64,000 bases of DNA, taken from the NCBI GenBank assembly GCA_041586955.1, contig JBFGZE010000009.1:1-64000 (forward strand), written 5' to 3'. A program made the translations under genes and the position numbers. Under the pieces are notes generated by a model. It was not told the DNA's origin. It did no database searches and saw nothing but the letters and a program-made list of their open reading frames with translations. This document shows positions 1 through 8,733 of the stretch, one piece after another (the first letter of the stretch is position 1; every line of letters begins with the position of its first letter). The stretch comes from Bacteriovoracaceae bacterium. Its GTDB lineage: Bacteria > Bdellovibrionota > Bacteriovoracia > Bacteriovoracales > Bacteriovoracaceae.

Positions 1-954
1 ATAATGAAGGCGCCGTAAGCCCCACTTCATTTCAACAAAATGGGCCTTTCTATGGAGATCCTTTTCATCACCAACGGTATCGACTTCAAGAACGTACTCT
101 TTTAAAAAAGTATGTTTATTGAGAAGCCCTAGAAGTTCTTCGACCTGAGCATTAAAATGGGCCGCCTTAGAGGGAAATCTTTTATTATCAAAAAAATCAC
201 CCTCTTTGCGAAAACTCGGAGAAAGAATGAAATTAAATCCTGGGTATTCTTTTTTAAACTTCATAAAACCATCATAAAGTCCAAGGACGACATCTTCAGA
301 GCTAATATCATTAACACCCGGAATTTGTTCTTCGGGATTACTCGTGGATCGATTGAGGGTAAATTTAAGGCGAATACTCCCAACGTTATATTCATGATAA
401 AGAGTGCTTGCCATATGGAAAGCGGCATCCTCATGCGCTTTTTTATCTGTCAGGACTAATTTGGCCAAATAGAGGATTTTTAAATAGGTTTTAAATTGCT
501 CACCATCTTTGAGTCGGATTAAATTATCGATATCTCTAAGGTTTTTTATGGGAAGAGCATCCTCTCCATAAACTCTTTTAATTCTCTCCTCATAAATATC
601 TTTATTAGGCCCCTCTAATAATTGTTGAATCCGAGGAAATAGAAATTCAGCATCGAGAGAGCCAGTTAAATGGATATGTTCCTCATAATAGGGAAGAGGG
701 AATTTCTTAAAAAATCGAAAAAAAGCACGGGATACAGGATGGTCTAATAGCTCTTGTATCTCAATTTTATCAGCGTGAAATTCGGCCAAGCTGCTATAAA
801 AGTCTTGGCATTCAGATTTAAGGATAGAGGAACTTTCAATTAATGGGTCGTGTAATAAAAGCTCAAGTGTGTCGATTAAGGCCAGGCCATTGGTCTCTGA
901 AATAATGCGAACAAGTCCCTTATAGATTGTTGTTTCAATTTCTTTCTGTGTCAT
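1..954 (-). CDS. Adenosine/AMP deaminase-family amidohydrolase, runs off the left edge; not in the ORF track
   Basis: Both ends translated by hand in one frame: MTQKEIETTIYKG...YYEEHIHLTGSL (HxHLxGS metal motif) and EVDTVGDE (cf. GxDLAGxE). ATG overlaps the upstream TGA (ATGA, 951-954). Confidence 0.8.
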   Translation of the reverse strand, partial: MTQKEIETTIYKGLVRIISETNGLALIDTLELLLHDPLIESSSILKSECQDFYSSLAEFHADKIEIQELLDHPVSRAFFRFFKKFPLPYYEEHIHLTGSLDAEFLFPRIQQLLEGPNKDIYEERIKRVYGEDALPIKNLRDIDNLIRLKDGEQFKTYLKILYLAKLVLTDKKAHEDAAFHMASTLYHEYNVGSIRLKFTLNRSTSNPEEQIPGVNDISSEDVVLGLYDGFMKFKKEYPGFNFILSPSFRKEGDFFDNKRFPSKAAHFNAQVEELLGLLNKHTFLKEYVLEVDTVGDEKDLHRKAHFVEMKWGLRRLHY

Positions 955-1838
955 AAATCTGCCTTTTTCAAATTGTCGATTAAAATATCATGGGCCTGTT
1001 GAATATATTGAAAATTGGCCGACATTATTTTTTCGTATTTTTTATCAATATTAAGGGCGGTCCTTCTGTCGGGGTGCCTTTCTTTAACCAAAGCTTTATA
1101 GGATCTTTTGAGATCCTTTTCACTATAGTCGTGGGGTAATTGAAAGACTTTGAGGGCCCAAGCAATATCCTTTTTACCTTGAGGAGCAGGATAGGAAGAG
1201 GTAATTTTTTTCTTTAAATTAACCTCTTTAAGCTTGGTGATGAGCATTTTAGTCGTGATTTTTTTTTGCGCCCATAATTGGAGACCTTTGCGGCAATCCT
1301 TTTCGAGGCCTTCCCCCTTAAATCCAAACTCTTTTCCTAAAAAAGGTTTGGTCAAATGCTTTTGGTCAAAATCAGATTGCAAGACAATTGGTCGGTGAGG
1401 GTGAGAGATTAGGCAACAGAGAGAAAAGAAGGAGGGGTATTCTTCTTCTTTCTCCGGTACTATTTTCGCCTGTACTAAAAGAGTGAGCAGGGAGTTTAAT
1501 TTTTGCGCATCAATTTCCAGATGATCGACCTTTAAAGTTTGGATAACTAAATTGTGAGTTCGGCCGGCACCCCATTGCAACTCTTGAAGTAAGTCTTTTT
1601 GTTGTTGTGAAAGGTTTGTTGTGTTCGTACTTTGGCCACTTAGACCCTGAGATTGGCGCATGATTTGTTCTTGCCGGCGAATCATTTCATCAATATTATG
1701 ATCTTTTCTCTTAGGGACTAAATTGAGTTTTTCAGCGAAATGGCGTGCAATAATTGGAAATATGATTGCCAATAGGAGTAGAATTCCTAAAGTTGAAAGT
1801 AAAGTCTGAGTGTATGGCAATAATTTCTCTAAAATCAT
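951..1838 (-). CDS. Membrane-anchored J-domain protein (DjlA-like layout)
   Basis: N-terminal TM helix; C-terminal J domain LKRSYKALVKERHPDR...FQYIQQAHDIL with HPD. Confidence 0.8.
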   Translation of the reverse strand: MILEKLLPYTQTLLSTLGILLLLAIIFPIIARHFAEKLNLVPKRKDHNIDEMIRRQEQIMRQSQGLSGQSTNTTNLSQQQKDLLQELQWGAGRTHNLVIQTLKVDHLEIDAQKLNSLLTLLVQAKIVPEKEEEYPSFFSLCCLISHPHRPIVLQSDFDQKHLTKPFLGKEFGFKGEGLEKDCRKGLQLWAQKKITTKMLITKLKEVNLKKKITSSYPAPQGKKDIAWALKVFQLPHDYSEKDLKRSYKALVKERHPDRRTALNIDKKYEKIMSANFQYIQQAHDILIDNLKKADL

Positions 1839-1899
1839 AGTTTTACCGTATTTTAATTTATTGTATTATTAAAGAAGCTTTGAAAAAAGAGGGCCTTAA

Positions 1900-2898
1900 A
1901 TGCAGCAATGGTCATTAGAAAAATTAATATTAGATCTTAAGTTTGATTGGACGATTTCCCGTAACTCAAGTCAGGTAAAAACTAATTTTATTGTCAAAAT
2001 TAAAGATGATGAAGTTGAGGGTCTAGGTGAGATTGCTTTTAATATTCGCTATGGTGAAAGTGCGGAACTTATTGAAGAGGGCTTTAGCCGCTTCTTAGAG
2101 GAATGTCAGCAAGAAGTGACCCAAGTGGGGCATCTCATAGCGTTACTAGACCGCTTAGACTTACCCCAGTCATTGCGTTTTGGTATTGAGTCGGCATTTG
2201 TTCACTATTTAAGTAATATGTCGCAGATGTCGCCTTACGAGATTCTCAATGTTCCTAAGGGACAAAGTGTGAATACTTCTTTTTCTATTCCTATTATGGA
2301 TATTGGCAAAATAGGTTCTTTTATTGAAGATCATCAAATTAACCGCTTTAAAAGTCTTAAAATTAAGGTTAATCAAGATAATGCCTTTGATATGCTTTTT
2401 GAATGCCGGCAGCATTTTGCCGGTAAGATCCGTATTGATGCTAATGAGGCCTTTCGTGATCCGGATGCCGTGTTAAAACTATGTGAAATAATTGAAGACC
2501 AACCGATTGAGTTTTTAGAACAACCCCTTCATGCTGATTTGCATGAGGAGCAGAAATATTTAAAATCGAAATGTCCCTTTATTCTCATAGGGGATGAATC
2601 AATTACCTCTGGTCGAGTACATCAATTTTATAAAGAGCGCTTTGACGGTGTAAATATTAAATTGATGAAGTCCGGTGGTTATTTTAATGCGATTAAACAA
2701 ATCAAAGATGCCAAAGAGATGGGATTATTAGTGATGATTGGCTGCATGGTTGAAAGCTCTTTAGGGATAAACTCGGCCATGCAATTAAGTGGGCTAGGCG
2801 ACTTTTTTGATCTTGATGGCTTTTTATTGATTAAAGGAGATCCTTTTCGTTATGTTTATGAGGAGAATGGTCGGATTTACTCTTCTCAATGGCAATAG
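1900..2898 (+). CDS. Dipeptide epimerase (L-Ala-D/L-Glu epimerase-like, enolase superfamily)
   Basis: LKIKV (KxK), RIDANE, FLEQP, GDES, NIKLMKSGG, GCMVES, DLDG motifs. Confidence 0.85.
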   Translation: MQQWSLEKLILDLKFDWTISRNSSQVKTNFIVKIKDDEVEGLGEIAFNIRYGESAELIEEGFSRFLEECQQEVTQVGHLIALLDRLDLPQSLRFGIESAFVHYLSNMSQMSPYEILNVPKGQSVNTSFSIPIMDIGKIGSFIEDHQINRFKSLKIKVNQDNAFDMLFECRQHFAGKIRIDANEAFRDPDAVLKLCEIIEDQPIEFLEQPLHADLHEEQKYLKSKCPFILIGDESITSGRVHQFYKERFDGVNIKLMKSGGYFNAIKQIKDAKEMGLLVMIGCMVESSLGINSAMQLSGLGDFFDLDGFLLIKGDPFRYVYEENGRIYSSQWQ

Positions 2899-2984
2899 AA
2901 TAGCTCCATTTTTTCCCCCGTTACTCACAGGCCCACTCGTCTTATCATTTAACTAAGTTAAAAACTAATTCCTTGGGGGAATCT

Positions 2985-4403
2985 TTGCGTAAACTGGCCC
3001 AATTTTGCTTACCATTCATCCTATTGTCTTGCTCTCATATTCAAAGTAAAAAGAATCTTAGTCTTCGCAAGACTTCTCGTTCTATCGCAAAGGTGAAATC
3101 AAAAACGGCATACACCAAAAAAATATCGAAACGTTTTAAAAAACTGAAAAAACAGAAAAGTCGTCGAAGATATTTAACTCAAAGAGGCGTCAGTCGGAAG
3201 TCCTCCGCACCCTTAAGAAAGCGTTCCATTATTGCTAAAAGAAAAAAATACTCAAAGAAAAGTCTCTCTAAAAAAAATGGCGGGTTAAACCTTCGCTCTC
3301 TCCCAAAGGATTATAAGTTTTGGAAGGAGTATTTTTACAAGAAGCGGAGACCACTTTTTGAACGTTATTTGACTCGCGGTGAAAATTACCGTGAAATTAT
3401 AGAATCCATTTTTATAAAGCATGGACTTCCTAAAGAATTGTTTTTTGTGGGAGTTATTGAGTCGGGCTATAGGATTAACGCAAAAAGTACCGCCAATGCT
3501 GTTGGCCCTTGGCAGTTTATTAAAGGAACTGCTACGCGCTATGGACTTAAAGTTAATTCACATCAGGATGAGCGTCTTAATATTTATAAATCAACTGAAG
3601 CAGCTGCCAGTTATTTTAAAGATCTTTATAATATCTTTGGCCGGTGGGATTTAGCACTTTGTGCGTATAATGCGGGTGAATACCGTATTATCAATGCTAT
3701 TCGTAAGGGGAATACTCGCGATTATAAAGAATTAGCGAGAAGGAAGCTCATACCAAAGGAAACGATTTTATATGTTCCTAAAGTTGAAGTTGCCATCGAA
3801 TTGGCCAAAAAAATAAGACCTAAAATTGATTTGGATAAAAAAGATCTTTTTGCTCAGTCGAAACTCGTTAATTTGCGAGGTCCTTTGAATTTATCGGAGA
3901 TGCTCAAACGCTTAAGAGTTCCACGCCGGATATTTGACCTTCTAAACCCTGATTTAATTCGCCGGCCACGCCGTTTGCGTTCGGCAAATATTAATGTGGC
4001 GCTACCTTCTCATGTAAACGAGATGGCCCTGAATAACTGGGGAAGTAATCTTCGTAACTCGCGTGGGACTAAAAGAGCACCGGCATATGTTCGGGCAAAA
4101 CGTAAAATCCGTAATCGTTATAAAGTCAGTAAGGGGGATAACCTCTTTCGGATCTCAAGACGGTTTAATATTCCCGTATCGCGGTTAAAAACTCTCAATG
4201 GCATCAATAACCAAATTTATGTGGGTCAAGTTCTAAAACTCAAGAGTGCTGGCCGTCTTGTCTATCGCGTTCGTAAAGGGGATAGTCTTGCTAGAATAGC
4301 TCGCCGTTTTGGAGTGACTCTTAAGGCCCTTTTGCGTCAAAACCGTTTAAAAAATGGCAATATTCGCCCTAATCAACGACTTTATATTCCCTCGCGCGGT
4401 TAA
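2985..4403 (+). CDS. MltD-like lytic transglycosylase with two LysM domains, probable lipoprotein
   Basis: SLT motifs IESGY, AVGPWQF, AYNAGE; C-terminal LysM repeats (YKVSKGDNL, YRVRKGDSL); LLSC lipobox. TTG at 2985 follows GGGGGA (track start 2973). Confidence 0.85.
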   Translation: MRKLAQFCLPFILLSCSHIQSKKNLSLRKTSRSIAKVKSKTAYTKKISKRFKKLKKQKSRRRYLTQRGVSRKSSAPLRKRSIIAKRKKYSKKSLSKKNGGLNLRSLPKDYKFWKEYFYKKRRPLFERYLTRGENYREIIESIFIKHGLPKELFFVGVIESGYRINAKSTANAVGPWQFIKGTATRYGLKVNSHQDERLNIYKSTEAAASYFKDLYNIFGRWDLALCAYNAGEYRIINAIRKGNTRDYKELARRKLIPKETILYVPKVEVAIELAKKIRPKIDLDKKDLFAQSKLVNLRGPLNLSEMLKRLRVPRRIFDLLNPDLIRRPRRLRSANINVALPSHVNEMALNNWGSNLRNSRGTKRAPAYVRAKRKIRNRYKVSKGDNLFRISRRFNIPVSRLKTLNGINNQIYVGQVLKLKSAGRLVYRVRKGDSLARIARRFGVTLKALLRQNRLKNGNIRPNQRLYIPSRG

Positions 4404-4450
4404 ACTCAAGAGAAATTCTTTTGGCGATGCGAGTCTAATTTCGCCTTAAT

Positions 4451-4479
4451 TTGAAAAAGGGGAAAGAAAGGCCTACTCT
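4451..4479 (+). promoter_or_regulatory. Putative sigma70 promoter, 7 nt before the GT4 ATG
   Basis: TTGAAA-17 nt-TACTCT. Confidence 0.5.
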
Positions 4480-4486
4480 TGAGGTC

Positions 4487-5632
4487 ATGCGGATAGGATT
4501 TGATGCCAAACGGGCCTTTCATAACCAGCGTGGACTGGGAAATTATAGTCGAACTTTATTAGAAAGTTTGGGTTTATACTTTCCTGAGGAAGAGTATTAC
4601 CTTTTCACCCCTCCTATAGTAAAAGGTTGGGCGAAGTCTTGGTCCAGCGGTCTCCCTGATTTTAAAATTATAGAACCTCAAAATTGGTTGGGGCGCAAAT
4701 TTTCTTCTTCATGGCGTAGTCTTGCCTTGAGTAACGTATTGAATGAATACCACCTCGATATTTATCATGGCCTATCCCATGAATTGCCGCCAAAGATAAG
4801 AAACCTCGACTGCAAAAAAGTAGTGACGATTCACGATCTTATTTATTTGCGCTTTCCCGAGTTTTTTCCCTTGGTCGATCGCAAGGTCTATGACTATAAA
4901 TTTCGCTATAGCGTCAAGGCCGCCGATCGAGTGATTTCTATTTGTCAGCAAACGACTCAAGATCTGATTGAATTTTTCCGAGTGCCAGAAGATAAAATCT
5001 CGCTTGTTTACCAATCATGTGATCCCTCTTTTTATAAAGCGCCGCCGGTCGAATTACAAAATGAGGTGATGAAAAAATATAACCTCGAGCATCGTCCCTA
5101 TCTTTTATATGTCGGCGCCATTGAACCGAGAAAAAATGCTCGCTCAATCGTTAAGGCGTTTGCTCGCATTAAAGATAAGTTTCCGCGCCACCAATTAGTT
5201 TTTATTGGTCAAGGTAACGCTTATAAAGAGGAATTAAAAAAGGAAATCCTTCATCAAGGTTTACATGAGCGTTGTCATATTTTTGATCGTGTTCTTATGA
5301 GTGAATTACCAAGCTTCTACCATGGAGCTGAAATTTTTGTTTTCCCTTCTTTTTTTGAAGGTTTTGGTATCCCCATTATTGAATCTTTATTCTGTCGCAC
5401 ACCGGTGATTACCAGCCAGGGGGGGTGTTTTCCAGAAGCTGGCGGTGATGGCTGCCTCTATACTGACCCTCATAACCTTGAGACAATTACAGAGGCGATG
5501 GACTTTGCTCTATCTGATGAAAAAGAAAGACATGCGCTAGGAGAGAGAGGGCGCCAATATGTTGAGAGGTTTCACTGGAAAAAAACTTCTCAGAATTTGA
5601 TGAATGTCTATCAGGACCTTATTTCTCAGTAA
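4487..5632 (+). CDS. GT4-family (group 1) glycosyltransferase
   Basis: MRIGFDAKR start, VTIHDL, VGAIEPRKN, FPSFFEGFGIPIIES. Confidence 0.9.
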   Translation: MRIGFDAKRAFHNQRGLGNYSRTLLESLGLYFPEEEYYLFTPPIVKGWAKSWSSGLPDFKIIEPQNWLGRKFSSSWRSLALSNVLNEYHLDIYHGLSHELPPKIRNLDCKKVVTIHDLIYLRFPEFFPLVDRKVYDYKFRYSVKAADRVISICQQTTQDLIEFFRVPEDKISLVYQSCDPSFYKAPPVELQNEVMKKYNLEHRPYLLYVGAIEPRKNARSIVKAFARIKDKFPRHQLVFIGQGNAYKEELKKEILHQGLHERCHIFDRVLMSELPSFYHGAEIFVFPSFFEGFGIPIIESLFCRTPVITSQGGCFPEAGGDGCLYTDPHNLETITEAMDFALSDEKERHALGERGRQYVERFHWKKTSQNLMNVYQDLISQ

Positions 5633-6008
5633 TTAAGCTAATATTTGTTAATTCTAATTTTTTAAGAAGGTCTAATAATTGGACTAATTTCTCGTAGCGG
5701 ACAGCTTTATCGACTCTCAGGTCAATCGGTGTCTTTTTATCACTGAGGGCCATAAATTCGCCTTCAGCTGCTTCAAAAGGTTTTTTCTTGCCATTGATGG
5801 CGAGGCCCCCTTCATTAAGTTCAACGATCCAGGTTTTTTTGCTTACTTCTTTACCGGCACCATTGGCGGCCTTTGGTAGATTGAGCAAGAGTGCCATTTC
5901 ATCTTTTTTAAATACGGTGGACACCATGAAAAAGATAAGAAGAAGAAAAACCACATCAATAAGAGGTGTAATATCTGGAAAGCTGGCCTCTCGGGATCGT
6001 TTTTTCAT
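5619..6008 (-). CDS. exbD: ExbD/TolR family protein
   Basis: DITPLIDVVFLLLIFFMVS TM motif; LRVDKAVRY. Confidence 0.9.
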   Translation of the reverse strand: MKKRSREASFPDITPLIDVVFLLLIFFMVSTVFKKDEMALLLNLPKAANGAGKEVSKKTWIVELNEGGLAINGKKKPFEAAEGEFMALSDKKTPIDLRVDKAVRYEKLVQLLDLLKKLELTNISLITEK

Positions 6009-6526
6009 TAGACAACCTGACCGATGATTTCTTTTTCAAGGGAAATTTCTAATTGATCCACCATTCCAAGAAGGTAGTTATGGCCAACAAAGTGGGGGAT
6101 CGCCACGATCATACCACCAACGGTGGTGATAAGCGCCATAGAGATGCCTTGAGCAAAATGGCTTGGGTCATTAAGGCCTGTTTGGGACATTACCCGAAAG
6201 GCGACGAGAACGCCGATAACCGTTCCTAATAATCCCATCAGTGGAGAAATGGCGGCGATGATTTTAACGGTATTAAGGCCTTTTTCAACTTTACTAATAT
6301 GACTGGCCACGGTTTGTTTACTCATTTCGATCATGGCGTTAGTGTCTTTATTTGTGGAGACTTCTTTTAAAGGGCCAGCAAGTTCTTTTGCTGTTTGATA
6401 GGAGCCCTTGAGCTCTTTATTAAAGATGACGAACTTGGAAATCATAATGGCAATGCCTATGATATTGAGACCCAAAAGGATAAACATAATAGGTCCACCT
6501 TGATGGATATAATTATAAATCTGCAT
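6008..6526 (-). CDS. exbB: MotA/TolQ/ExbB proton channel
   Basis: SPLMGLLGTVIG; GISMALITTVGG; start/stop overlap with exbD. Confidence 0.88.
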   Translation of the reverse strand: MQIYNYIHQGGPIMFILLGLNIIGIAIMISKFVIFNKELKGSYQTAKELAGPLKEVSTNKDTNAMIEMSKQTVASHISKVEKGLNTVKIIAAISPLMGLLGTVIGVLVAFRVMSQTGLNDPSHFAQGISMALITTVGGMIVAIPHFVGHNYLLGMVDQLEISLEKEIIGQVV

Positions 6527-6586
6527 GTAAAACCTCCAGCTGCTATTGTCTCGGATTTTACAGGACTTTGTAAATGGGCACGGGTT

Positions 6587-7222
6587 TTAAAGAGAAAAAC
6601 GAGAGATTAATTCTTTCCCAAAACGCATCTCGAAAACGTTTCGGTCAACTTTGTCAGAGCATTGGGCGGTAAGATGAGTCATGATGTCTTGCCCCATGCC
6701 GCAAGGGTTAATTCCTTGGAAGGCCTGCGGGTCAGGGAAAAGATTGACGGCCAGACCGTGATAGGTGACCCATCGTTTGATAGCGACTCCGATAGATGCC
6801 ATTTTTTTTCCGCCCACCCAAACTCCAGTCAGGGAAGGGTCTCCACGAAAAGGATTGCCTGTGGGGCTGAGGCCATAGCTCTCTAGGGTTGCAATCAGAG
6901 CACTTTCTAAGTTCTCTAAAAATAGCCCAATATCCTTATTTCGTTCACTAAGGGTGAGAATGGGATAGGCGATGCATTGTCCAGGTCCATGATAAGTGAC
7001 TTTACCACCGCGCTCGATAGAAATTGTTTCACCGTCCCAACCACAGAGATCGCTGGGCAGACTTTTTTTCCCTAGAGTCACGACAGGATTGTGGTGGCAA
7101 AGAATAATACATTCTTCCTTTGCTCCAAACTCTAGAACCTTTTGGACTTGGGCCTTTTGAAAGTCCCAGGCCTTCTGATAAGAAATGAGTCCAAGATTAA
7201 TTATTTTCACTGACAATTTCAT
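6587..7222 (-). CDS. lipB: Lipoyl(octanoyl) transferase
   Basis: HHNPVVTLG, ERGGKVTYHGPGQ, KMASIG, TYHGLAVN, INPCG. Start is ATG 7222 or GTG 7210; the longer track ORF overlaps lipA. Confidence 0.92.
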   Translation of the reverse strand: MKLSVKIINLGLISYQKAWDFQKAQVQKVLEFGAKEECIILCHHNPVVTLGKKSLPSDLCGWDGETISIERGGKVTYHGPGQCIAYPILTLSERNKDIGLFLENLESALIATLESYGLSPTGNPFRGDPSLTGVWVGGKKMASIGVAIKRWVTYHGLAVNLFPDPQAFQGINPCGMGQDIMTHLTAQCSDKVDRNVFEMRFGKELISRFSL

Positions 7223-8159
7223 CCATTGTGGGAAAAGGGGAGGGCTTATGTGTTTTGTTCTGCGCCTCTCTTTCTTCGATGACACCTTTGATAAAAAATT
7301 CACCGGCCTTATAGGAGCTGCGAACGAGAGGTCCTGAGGCGACATAGAGAAAGCCCATGTCATCGGCAATCTTTTTAAACATCGCAAATTTATCTGGGTG
7401 AGCGTATTCAACAATAGGTAAATACTTTTTATGGCGATTGGTGGGGGCCAGATATTGCCCGAAGGTGACGACATCGCAACCAACTTCTCTTAGGTCTTTG
7501 AGGGTTTGGATGACTTCGTCATCTTTTTCACCGAGTCCCAGCATAATTGATGTCTTAGTGTATTGAGTGTTTTTGATCTCTTTGGCCAAGCGGAGAGTTT
7601 CCAAAGATTGGCGGTACATAGAGCGGCGGTCGCGTACAGTGGGAGTGAGCCGTTCTACTGTTTCAACATTATGAGCGAAAACTTCTGGTCCCGCATCAAT
7701 GATTTTTTGGATAAGTTCAGGCCTGGCGTTAAAGTCGGGCGTCAGAACCTCAACGATCATTTTGGGGTTATTGTCTTTGATGGTTTTGATGGTTTGAGCA
7801 AAATGATCTGCGCCGAGGTCGTCGAGATCATCACGGTCTACGCTGGTGAGCACCACATAATCTAATTTCATTTTAGCGATGGCGTGCCCAACTTTAAAAG
7901 GCTCTTCAGTATCGAGAACACCTTTAGGGTTACCTGTTTTAACAGCGCAGAAACGACAGGCACGAGTACAAGTATCGCCCATTAACATGAAGGTCGCTGT
8001 ACCTCCACCCCAACATTCTTCCATATTAGGACAGCGTGCCTCTTGGCATACTGTGACTAATTTTAAATCCTTAAGCATATCGTTAATTTCGAAATAACTT
8101 GGACTGGAGGGGACTCTAACTTTTAGCCACGAGGGGCGCTTTTCGATTATTTTTGTCAT
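7197..8159 (-). CDS. lipA: Lipoyl synthase (radical SAM)
   Basis: CQEARCPNMEEC, CTRACRFC, LTSVDRDDL, GPLVRSSY. Confidence 0.97.
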   Translation of the reverse strand: MTKIIEKRPSWLKVRVPSSPSYFEINDMLKDLKLVTVCQEARCPNMEECWGGGTATFMLMGDTCTRACRFCAVKTGNPKGVLDTEEPFKVGHAIAKMKLDYVVLTSVDRDDLDDLGADHFAQTIKTIKDNNPKMIVEVLTPDFNARPELIQKIIDAGPEVFAHNVETVERLTPTVRDRRSMYRQSLETLRLAKEIKNTQYTKTSIMLGLGEKDDEVIQTLKDLREVGCDVVTFGQYLAPTNRHKKYLPIVEYAHPDKFAMFKKIADDMGFLYVASGPLVRSSYKAGEFFIKGVIEEREAQNKTHKPSPFPTMDEIVSENN

Positions 8160-8246
8160 GGGGTAGGGGTAACATATTTGATAGGTCTTAGAAATGAGAA
8201 ATTGAGATTTACATCGTTTTGATTATCGTTATTTCAAATACTTAAG

Positions 8247-8275
8247 TTTAGGCCTCCCCAATAGGAAGGCCTAAA
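8247..8275 (-). terminator. Hairpin, probable terminator of the small gene
   Basis: TTTAGGCCT...AGGCCTAAA inverted repeat just past the stop. Confidence 0.5.
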
Positions 8276-8290
8276 ACTTAGAGAATTTGA

Positions 8291-8509
8291 TTAGAAGCCT
8301 GCTTGAGGTACATAGAGGCGAAAGCATTTATCCTTTGTTCGCCGGATCATACAATTATTTCCGTTTTTTTGGTCAATCAGATAATGGTAAAAATCTGGGA
8401 GAGTATCGGCAACTTCTAAAATTGATTTGCCCTCATGCTCACCAAAATCTACAAAAACCATGTCTTCTTCAATGATCCCAGTAACTGGGCTGACTTCTTG
8501 TTGTGCCAT
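8291..8509 (-). CDS. Small protein (72 aa) with an FGxHxG (DUF3820-like) motif
   Basis: AAGGAGG RBS before ATG 8509; VDFGEHEGKSILEV resembles the FGKYKG small-domain motif. Confidence 0.7.
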   Translation of the reverse strand: MAQQEVSPVTGIIEEDMVFVDFGEHEGKSILEVADTLPDFYHYLIDQKNGNNCMIRRTKDKCFRLYVPQAGF

Positions 8510-8733
8510 GAATTCCCTCCTTAGAATATTTAGGCCGATATGAAATAGCGCATCGCCACGCATATTTAATTGTGAGAAAATTTGTATGGATTGGAAAGGA
8601 AAAAAATAAATAATTTCTATAAGTTAGAGCGTTTCACTCCGTCATTCTGTATTCATTTCATAGTACCACTCTTGGGCCTTTTTTTCTGTTAAATAGTTTA
8701 AATTATGTAAATGATTAATAAGGAAAGGACTTA

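Noticed and set aside
157..459. 100-aa + strand ORF
   Set aside because: Antisense shadow of the deaminase-like gene on the minus strand.
4404..4484. CTCAAGAG/CTCTTGAG pairing as a riboswitch before the GT4 gene
   Set aside because: Only 8 bp, no recognised aptamer, and a promoter explains the region better.
7223..7483. Long N-terminal extension of lipB in the ORF track
   Set aside because: Lies inside lipA in another frame; LipB similarity starts at about KIINLG.
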